From the NCBI GenBank assembly GCA_043821365.1, contig JBDRCX010000003.1, positions 32,001-96,000 of the forward strand: 64,000 bases of DNA, given 5' to 3'. This DNA is from Candidatus Micrarchaeota archaeon (GTDB taxonomy: Archaea; Micrarchaeota; Micrarchaeia; Anstonellales; Bilamarchaeaceae). The stretch's first letter is position 1, and each line of letters starts with the position of its first letter. Both the position numbers and the translations under genes were made by a program. The notes beneath the pieces are model-generated. The model made no database searches. It saw only the letters and a list, made by a program, of their open reading frames with translations, and had not been told where the DNA came from. This document shows positions 57,434 through 64,000 of the stretch, piece after piece.

Positions 57434-58732
57434 ATGGCACCAAAAATAGACTGGTATGATGAATTTATTGATTTTAAGCATAAACCTGCAAAAGACGATC
57501 TTGTTTGCTTATTTTATTTTGAGCCAGATAAAGGCATATCAAAAAAAGAAGCAATAGGTAGAATTGCGTCTGAAAGTTCAACTGGAACTTGGACAACACT
57601 TTTCAAATTACCTCCACGTATGCGTAAGCTTCAAGCAACTGGATATGAAGTTTCTGGGAATTATGTGAAAATTGCATACCCACTTGATTTATGGGATGAA
57701 GGAAATGCCCCACAGCTTCTTAGTGGAATTGCAGGGAACATTTTTGGCATGAAAGCAGTCAAGAATCTGAGATTGATTGATGTGTCATTGCCAAAAGCTT
57801 ATATTAAGCATTTCAAAGGACCACACCATGGTATGGATGCAATAAGAAAGATGATGAAGGTTTACAAGCGTCCTTTAACTGGTGCAGTACCAAAGCCAAA
57901 AATTGGATTCAGTGCAGCAGAGCATACTGATATTGGATTTGAAACCTGGATGGGTGGATTTGATTTTGTTAAAGATGATGAGAACCTCACTTCAACATCA
58001 TTCAATCGCTTTGAAGAAAGAGTAAAATTAATGGCAAAAATGCGTGAAAAAGCAGAAAAATTAACTGGTGATAAAAAATCAGCATTTCTCAATGTCACTG
58101 GCGACATAGAAACCATGAAAAAAAGAGTAGATCTACTTGCTGAATATGGGTGGAATTATTGTATGCTTGATGTTGTGGTTATAGGTGCTGCCGGAGTCAT
58201 GACCATGCGAGATTATTGTTCTGATTATGGAATTGCAATACATGCCCACCGTGCAATGCATGCTTCCTTTGACAGAAATCCAAAGCATGGTATGACAATG
58301 CAGTTTTTGGCCAAAATGATGCGATTGATCGGTGTTAGCCAAATCCATACAGGTACTGCTGTTGGTAAATTAGTTGGGAGTAAAAAAGAAGTTACTGCAT
58401 TGGCAGATGTTTTACGTGAAAAAAATGTTAAACCATTAAAAGAAACATTATTAGCCCAGGATTGGGGCCATATAAAAAGTGCATTTCCAGTTTCATCTGG
58501 TGGTCTTCATCCGGGTCTTGTACCTGATGTTCTGAAGATTTACGGCATTGATCTTGTTTTATTAGTGAGTGGTGGTATTCATGGCCATCCAAAAGGAACA
58601 CGGGCAGGTGCTAAAGCTTCTATGCAAGCTGTTGATGCATATTTAGCTAAAGAATCCCTAGAAGAAAAAGCAAAAACTTCTCCAGAACTTGCTCAAGCAT
58701 TAGAAAAATGGGGGCATTACAAACCAAAGTGA
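57434..58732 (+). CDS. rbcL: Form III RuBisCO large subunit
   Basis: ESSTGTW, KPKIG, KDDENL, HAHRAMH, HTGTAVGKL, PVSSGG and GGIHGHP; catalytic residues intact. Confidence 0.95.
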   Translation: MAPKIDWYDEFIDFKHKPAKDDLVCLFYFEPDKGISKKEAIGRIASESSTGTWTTLFKLPPRMRKLQATGYEVSGNYVKIAYPLDLWDEGNAPQLLSGIAGNIFGMKAVKNLRLIDVSLPKAYIKHFKGPHHGMDAIRKMMKVYKRPLTGAVPKPKIGFSAAEHTDIGFETWMGGFDFVKDDENLTSTSFNRFEERVKLMAKMREKAEKLTGDKKSAFLNVTGDIETMKKRVDLLAEYGWNYCMLDVVVIGAAGVMTMRDYCSDYGIAIHAHRAMHASFDRNPKHGMTMQFLAKMMRLIGVSQIHTGTAVGKLVGSKKEVTALADVLREKNVKPLKETLLAQDWGHIKSAFPVSSGGLHPGLVPDVLKIYGIDLVLLVSGGIHGHPKGTRAGAKASMQAVDAYLAKESLEEKAKTSPELAQALEKWGHYKPK

Positions 58733-58749
58733 TTTTTTTGCCAAATATT

Positions 58750-58932
58750 ATGTTTTGTCCAAGATGTAAAAAACCAACAAAGGCAAAAGATTATCTTGCA
58801 AATTTAGCAGTTGTTGCAGTTCTTGAATCAGTACTACCTACAATTAGTTGCAAATGTGGTTATCGTGGGTTACCTGTTCAATTACCACTGAGTGATTATA
58901 AAAATCTCATTAAAAAATCAAAGAAATCCTAA
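58750..58932 (+). CDS. Small Zn-ribbon protein
   Basis: MFCPRC...CKCGYRG, immediately after rbcL. Confidence 0.6.
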   Translation: MFCPRCKKPTKAKDYLANLAVVAVLESVLPTISCKCGYRGLPVQLPLSDYKNLIKKSKKS

Positions 58933-59469
58933 GTGTTCTAGGAGTATCCTAAGACCTATGAATATTAGTATTATTCCCCCAAGAATCTCAACTTTACCTC
59001 CTAACACCTCTCCGAATTTTTTGCCAAGTTTACAACCAATTAGAGAAACAACAAATGTTATGACTCCAATTATGGCTGCAGCTTCCAATATATTTACTTT
59101 AAGAAAAGAGAATGTCAATCCAATTGCAAATGCATCAATACTTGTTGCAATGGCAAGTATGAACAACGTTTTTTGATCAGTATGACTGTCTTTTTTTACA
59201 ACTTTTGATTCGTAAACCATCTTACCTCCAACAAAACACAAAAGAAAAAATGCTACCCAATGATCTATGCCAGAAACAAAATCTATAAGCCTGGTTCCTA
59301 TAGAATATCCAAAAATTGGCATCAATCCTTGGAAAAAACCAAAATAGGTTGCCATAGTTAATGATGTTTTCATTGTGATTTTTTTATTTGCCATTGACCG
59401 TGCTACTGCAACTGTAAAAGAATCAGCTGCCAGTCCAAAGGCAATTAAAATTATTATAAAATAATCCAC
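58918..59469 (-). CDS. mntP: Manganese efflux pump MntP family
   Basis: GLAADSFTVA, FGFFQGLMP, DHWVAF and ATSIDAFAIG. Confidence 0.92.
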   Translation of the reverse strand: MDYFIIILIAFGLAADSFTVAVARSMANKKITMKTSLTMATYFGFFQGLMPIFGYSIGTRLIDFVSGIDHWVAFFLLCFVGGKMVYESKVVKKDSHTDQKTLFILAIATSIDAFAIGLTFSFLKVNILEAAAIIGVITFVVSLIGCKLGKKFGEVLGGKVEILGGIILIFIGLRILLEHLGFL

Positions 59470-59475
59470 AAAGCA

Positions 59476-59907
59476 TCACAAATTATTTACGATATTTCGT
59501 CTTCTTTTTTCAGGAATTTTATTTTTTATCTTTTTTTCTTTTGCATCATAATATCCTAATCCTAGAATGTAATCCGAATACTTCAGGATTATATGCATGT
59601 TTTTATTTCCAAGATCCATTTTCATACCTTTGCCAAAAGCAAAACCCTTCGCTGTTCGTTCATCTTTTATTTCAATTACGTTTTTAGTTGCAAGTTGGCC
59701 GAAATTTTGAATTAATGCGTTGGTTGGATTAAATCCACTATCACATGCCGCATAACCTCGGTCTCCATATATGTGGCTTTTTTGTATCTCTTTATTTCCA
59801 ATTCTGACTCCATCAGCATAGAATATGTCTATTCCATTTGGAATAACAATGCCAAAGTGGTTTTCCAGGTATTTTTTGAAATTTTTCTCTTTATTTGCAA
59901 TAAACAT
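59476..59907 (-). CDS. NIP7/PUA-like accessory protein of the adjacent m5C methyltransferase
   Basis: FKPTxxxIQxFG-like GFNPTNALIQNFGQLATKNVIEI...FAFG; 1-bp overlap with the methyltransferase. Confidence 0.5.
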   Translation of the reverse strand: MFIANKEKNFKKYLENHFGIVIPNGIDIFYADGVRIGNKEIQKSHIYGDRGYAACDSGFNPTNALIQNFGQLATKNVIEIKDERTAKGFAFGKGMKMDLGNKNMHIILKYSDYILGLGYYDAKEKKIKNKIPEKRRRNIVNNL

Positions 59908-60776
59908 TATTCTCCCTTTTTTATTTTTGCTATGAAAAATCCTTCACTTTCCAGATGTTGGGGATAAATTCTATAGCATTTTCTGAATTCCTTCCCATAC
60001 TCGCTTAATCCGTGTTCGTGCGGGATATCAAGTTTGATATCAACTAGTTTTGCATTAAGATTATTAAGTAAATTAGCTACGACTTCTTCATTCTCTTCTT
60101 TTGCATAAGTGCAAGTAGAGTAAACCAGTTCTCCTCCTGGGCGCAATGCGTCATAAGCAGAGAATAACATTCTTTTTTGTAATGATGAGATTTTTTCTGA
60201 ATTGCCTATCTCCCATCTTGAAAACGCTTTCATGCCACTGCCAAGTGCAGTACATGGAGCATCAACTAAAATTTTTGTGAATCTTGATTTCCAGTTTAGA
60301 TTTGCACCATGGTGCATTGTTGTTATTGAATTCAATATGTTCATTCTATTTATTGTAGAATAAAGCGTGGATATCTTTTCTGGTGTCAAATCATTGCCAA
60401 CAAGAACACCATTATTTTCCATTAACATTGCCATATGTGAAAATTTTGAACCTGGTGCTGCTGCAACATCCAAAACAATATCATCATGTTCTGGTTCAAG
60501 TACTAATGAAACCAATATCGATGGTAGACTTTGAGGATAGATATAACCAAGGAAATACTCCCAAGTTTTTCCTATTTGGACTTTCTTATCAAATTCAAAT
60601 GCAAATTCATAATATTTATTTTCAGTTATATCCAAAGTTGTTCTTTCCAATAATTTTTCTTTATCGATCTTTATTGTGTTAATACGAAAAAATTGTTTCT
60701 GATTACAAAACGCAAAATTACATTTGTCATAATCAGTGTAACTTGCCATCCAATCTCTATATTCTCTCTCTTCCAT
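59907..60776 (-). CDS. RsmB/NOP2 family RNA m5C methyltransferase
   Basis: FRINTIK, LDVAAAPGSK, DAPC (motif IV), YSTCT (motif VI), EENE and GFFIAK. Confidence 0.93.
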   Translation of the reverse strand: MEEREYRDWMASYTDYDKCNFAFCNQKQFFRINTIKIDKEKLLERTTLDITENKYYEFAFEFDKKVQIGKTWEYFLGYIYPQSLPSILVSLVLEPEHDDIVLDVAAAPGSKFSHMAMLMENNGVLVGNDLTPEKISTLYSTINRMNILNSITTMHHGANLNWKSRFTKILVDAPCTALGSGMKAFSRWEIGNSEKISSLQKRMLFSAYDALRPGGELVYSTCTYAKEENEEVVANLLNNLNAKLVDIKLDIPHEHGLSEYGKEFRKCYRIYPQHLESEGFFIAKIKKGE

Positions 60777-60829
60777 CTAGATCAAGGTTGTTCAATACAC
60801 ATTTAATTAGTATTTATTGTTATTTTTTT

Positions 60830-61333
60830 GTGGGATCTTGCTTAAGAAGTGGAAATTGTTGTACAAGCTTTGCTGTTTGTATTACTTCTTTTGATGTTTC
60901 ACGAATATCAAAACATCTCAATCTTAAGCCCATTGAGTTTGTTCAAATTGTTTCTGCACCAACTGAAAGAGAGAGAAAGGAACCTACAGTACTTATAGAA
61001 GGTGAATATGCCTTACTTGTTTTAAGATGGAAAAAGAAATTTGATTGCTTATTTTATGGAAATGGTTGTGATATCTATCAATATAGGCCATTCCTTTGCC
61101 GTACTTACCCATTTTGTTTTAAAAATAATAAATTCATCGAAGTAAAATTACGTGCATGCCCATCGTGCTGGATGCCAGATGGCAAAGAAAAAGAACAGTA
61201 TCTATCTGATTTAAAGAGATATGAAAAAGAAGTCAAAAAATATAAAAAAATAGTTAAAAAATGGAACAAACAAGGTGGAGGAAATCTAAAAGAATTTCTG
61301 GAATTTTCGTTTAAACTATCTTACCACTCTTGA
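60830..61333 (+). CDS. YkgJ family Cys-cluster protein
   Basis: CLRSGNCC...CLFY...CDIYQYRPFLCRTYPF; start taken at an in-frame GTG. Confidence 0.78.
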   Translation: MGSCLRSGNCCTSFAVCITSFDVSRISKHLNLKPIEFVQIVSAPTERERKEPTVLIEGEYALLVLRWKKKFDCLFYGNGCDIYQYRPFLCRTYPFCFKNNKFIEVKLRACPSCWMPDGKEKEQYLSDLKRYEKEVKKYKKIVKKWNKQGGGNLKEFLEFSFKLSYHS

Positions 61334-61562
61334 GTTTTGCACTTATTTGGAAACTATATCCATACTCTTCATAACCTTCCATTACGCTTGAAGTACACCT
61401 TATGGGATCTAAAACTATTTTTTTCTTTTCTGCAGTCTCTATGGTTATTTTTGTTGCGTTGATGTTGAACATTTTGACTCCCATTTCTTTTGCGAATTTA
61501 TCTGCTTCTTTTGCAACTGTTATAATCTTCTTATTAGAAGCTTTACCTTTCTTTTTTGCCAT
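61311..61562 (-). CDS. Short NAC-domain-like protein lacking the UBA domain
   Basis: AKEMGV...INATKITIET...IVLDP...SFQIS resembles the archaeal NAC barrel. Confidence 0.4.
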   Translation of the reverse strand: MAKKKGKASNKKIITVAKEADKFAKEMGVKMFNINATKITIETAEKKKIVLDPIRCTSSVMEGYEEYGYSFQISAKLKSGKIV

Positions 61563-61629
61563 GGATTCACCGACATTTATTCTCCTCAACGGTTTTAAAT
61601 TTTATCTAAGTAATCGATTTGGTGTTTTT

Positions 61630-62022
61630 ATGGGTATATTAGATAGTATAGCTGGAAGCGCTAAGAGCGCAGTTGGAAGTACAGTTAGTGGTGCAGTGAG
61701 AAGGGCAGGTTCAGAAGCAACTAATGTGGCATCAAAAACAATTAGTCAAAAAGTGAAGGAAGCTGCAGTAAATGTTGATGCTGAATTAAAAAAACTAGGT
61801 TTTGATCGTCAAGATGATGGCAGTTATGTCATAAATTACGAAGGTAGAAAGGTTGGAGTCTTGAATCTCAGAGAAGTTACTAATTTCAAATCAAAAAAAC
61901 GAACCGAAGCAATTAGTTCTCTTTATTATAATCTGAGTCCTATGCACCAATCCTTAAAAAACAAGGAAGTGTCTAGAAAATTTAGTGAAAAATTAGTCGA
62001 TGACATGGGTTTAAAGGATTGA
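61630..62022 (+). CDS. Hypothetical protein (tandem paralog 1)
   Basis: ATG 61630 with GGTG upstream; N-terminal Ala/Gly/Ser amphipathic helix; DDGSYVINYEGRKVG. Confidence 0.65.
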   Translation: MGILDSIAGSAKSAVGSTVSGAVRRAGSEATNVASKTISQKVKEAAVNVDAELKKLGFDRQDDGSYVINYEGRKVGVLNLREVTNFKSKKRTEAISSLYYNLSPMHQSLKNKEVSRKFSEKLVDDMGLKD

Positions 62023-62026
62023 TTAA

Positions 62027-62455
62027 ATGGGGATTACAGATGCGTTTGGAAATTTTATTGGCAGTCTTTTGAGCGGAGCAATTAGAAAAGCAGGAGACTT
62101 GGCAGGTTCATTTGTAGCTAAAAAAATTCGTGCACCTGAAAAATGGGAATTGATTAAAGTCGATGACGAAGAAAAGAAGGTTAGTTTTAGCAGAATAGGT
62201 GACGGTGGCTATAACCTTCTGTATGATTCCAAGGATATAGGACAGATAAGCAGGCATGAAACTAAAGTGTATAAAGGTAAAAGTGAAAATTCAACTAAAT
62301 ATGCGATAATCTATAAATTAGAAGTAATGCACCAAAATTTCAAAAACCGTGAACTTGCAACTCGAATTGCAATGAAGATCTACAAAGATTATCTTGAATA
62401 TGCAATTTTGCTTGATAAACAGTATGATGAAGCTGTTGGTAAAAAGTCTAAATAA
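62027..62455 (+). CDS. Hypothetical protein (tandem paralog 2)
   Basis: MGITDAFG...SGAIRKAG resembles MGILDSIAG...SGAVRRAG; GDGGYNLLYDSKDIG. Confidence 0.65.
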   Translation: MGITDAFGNFIGSLLSGAIRKAGDLAGSFVAKKIRAPEKWELIKVDDEEKKVSFSRIGDGGYNLLYDSKDIGQISRHETKVYKGKSENSTKYAIIYKLEVMHQNFKNRELATRIAMKIYKDYLEYAILLDKQYDEAVGKKSK

Positions 62456-62506
62456 TAGTTTTATATTCTATTTTGTTTATTTTTTATCTTATTATATGGT
62501 GGATTT

Positions 62507-63667
62507 ATGTCTTCAAAAAATTATTTATTTAGTTCTGAATCAGTAACAGAGGGTCATCCTGATAAAATTTGCGATCAAATATCTGATGCTATTTTGGATG
62601 AATTGCTTAAACAAGATCCAAATTCACGTGTTGCAGTTGAGACTGCAGTTACTACTGGTCTGGTTGTTGTTATGGGCGAAGTAACCACAAAAGCATATGC
62701 TGAAATTCAGCAAATAGTAAGGGACGTAGTAAAAGATATTGGTTATACTAATCCCGAATATCAATTTGATAATCAGTCTTGTGGCGTTCTTGTATCTATT
62801 CATTCACAATCACCTGATATTGCTCAAGGAGTTAATGTGGCTAAAGAACATGAACAAGGTGCTGGAGATCAAGGCATTATGTTTGGTTATGCAAGCAATG
62901 AAACACCTGAACTTATGCCACTACCCATTGTTCTTGCTCATAAATTAGCAGAACGTTTGGCTGTTGTTAGAAAGAAAAAAATCATCCCATATTTACGTCC
63001 TGATGGTAAAACACAAGTAACTATAGAATATGTTGATCATAAAGTAGTTAGAGCACACACTATAGTTATTGCAGCTCAGCATGATGAAGGGATTGAACAA
63101 CATCAAATCAAAAAAGACATTATTGAAAATGTCATAAAACCAATTTGTGGAAATTTAATAGATGATAACACAATCATCCATATCAACGGCACTGGTAAAT
63201 TTGTTATTGGTGGACCTGCAAGTGATACTGGAGTTACTGGCCGTAAAATTATTGTGGATACCTATGGTGGCCGTGGTCATCATGGTGGTGGATGTTTCTC
63301 TGGCAAAGACCCATCAAAAGTTGATCGATCTGGTGCATATATGGCTAGGTATGTTGCAAAAAACGTTGTTGCAGCTGGTTTAGCTGACCAATGTGAAGTT
63401 CAAATCTCCTATGTTATTGGGGTTGCAAAACCTCTTTCAGTATTTGTTGATACAAAAGGAACAAACAAAATTCCTGTAGAAAAAATACAAGAATTAATCT
63501 TAAAACATTTCTCATTCAAGCCTGCAGACATGATCAAAAACCTGAATCTTCTAAGACCAATTTATAGAAAAACAGCAGTTTATGGTCATTTTGGAAGAAC
63601 TGATCCTGATTTTACTTGGGAAAAAACTGATGTTGCAGATAAATTGAAGAAGGATGCAGGACTTTAA
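62507..63667 (+). CDS. metK: S-adenosylmethionine synthetase, bacterial/eukaryotic type
   Basis: [47 protein letters not shown] and YGHFGR. Confidence 0.97.
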   Translation: MSSKNYLFSSESVTEGHPDKICDQISDAILDELLKQDPNSRVAVETAVTTGLVVVMGEVTTKAYAEIQQIVRDVVKDIGYTNPEYQFDNQSCGVLVSIHSQSPDIAQGVNVAKEHEQGAGDQGIMFGYASNETPELMPLPIVLAHKLAERLAVVRKKKIIPYLRPDGKTQVTIEYVDHKVVRAHTIVIAAQHDEGIEQHQIKKDIIENVIKPICGNLIDDNTIIHINGTGKFVIGGPASDTGVTGRKIIVDTYGGRGHHGGGCFSGKDPSKVDRSGAYMARYVAKNVVAAGLADQCEVQISYVIGVAKPLSVFVDTKGTNKIPVEKIQELILKHFSFKPADMIKNLNLLRPIYRKTAVYGHFGRTDPDFTWEKTDVADKLKKDAGL

Positions 63668-63724
63668 ACTCGTTATTACCCATCTTTAATAACATTTATT
63701 AATCATTTCTATGCATAATAAATC

Positions 63725-64000
63725 ATGGCAATTCACTTAGACCCACGCAAAGTGCCAGCAGATCATGCTATACGTCTTAATGCACGTGGTGTCAGAGATC
63801 GACTACAGTACTTCCAAAGGATGTTTCTTACTGCTCCAGATGATTTTAATCGAGCTCTTGTTTGTTGTGCAGCATTTGATATGGGATTTAAGGATTTTGC
63901 AAGAGCTAATAATCCTGTTTTGGTACATCCAAATCAAGAAATATTTGAAAAATTAGTTCAGATTGCAAAATCAGTTGTTGGAACATCTGCTTCTGTTGAT
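63725..64000 (+). CDS. Hypothetical protein (3' truncated by window)
   Basis: Open frame from ATG 63725 to the window end: MAIHLDPRKVPADHAIRLNARG... Confidence 0.6.
   Translation, partial: MAIHLDPRKVPADHAIRLNARGVRDRLQYFQRMFLTAPDDFNRALVCCAAFDMGFKDFARANNPVLVHPNQEIFEKLVQIAKSVVGTSASVD

Noticed and set aside
61402-61629. N-terminal extension of the 61402-62022 ORF
   Set aside because: It is the antisense shadow of the 61311-61562 gene; the SD-led ATG at 61630 matches the paralog's start.
1517-63956. Numerous 60-160 aa ORFs nested in or antisense to well-supported genes (e.g. 9866-10324, 16709-17023, 21426-21752, 23531-23977, 26547-27278, 39175-39567, 53996-54478)
   Set aside because: They are shadow frames of genes with clear family motifs and have no independent motifs or ribosome-binding sites.

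Overview
An AT-rich, gene-dense archaeal chromosomal segment. Archaeal markers include aRF1 with NIKS/GGQ, uL11, ABCE1, NMD3, Rpp21, Taw1, IDI-2, GGPP synthase, form III RuBisCO, a tRNA-Lys with a BHB-type intron and GGTG/GAGG-type SD sites. Scattered ribosomal genes, Cys-rich surface proteins, class III signal peptides, a PDH operon and bacterial-type MetK suggest a DPANN lineage, probably Micrarchaeota-like; this is an inference. About 70 CDSs cover central metabolism (glmS, glnA, cysM, purE, ilvE, kbl/tdh, pdhABC-lpdA, pckA, rbcL, metK), lipid synthesis, translation and RNA modification, redox, transport and secreted proteins. No CRISPR array, rRNA or intact transposase/integrase was found. 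Five observations stand out. (1) A long RelA/SpoT-like protein with altered catalytic motifs lies next to an Lrp-glnA locus. (2) A dispersed family of triloop palindromes includes a 22-nt element shared 21/22 between the tRNA-Lys intron and a ~400-bp hairpin mosaic 17 kb away. (3) A candidate ~290-nt multibranched ncRNA diverges from tRNA-Lys, and its 3' end is duplicated on the far side of an acr3 gene. (4) cysM has its only SD-led ATG out of frame, in a leader ending in Cys-stop with prfB-like geometry. (5) A two-domain beta-carbonic-anhydrase-like protein with split Zn-ligand motifs diverges from a canonical beta-CA.
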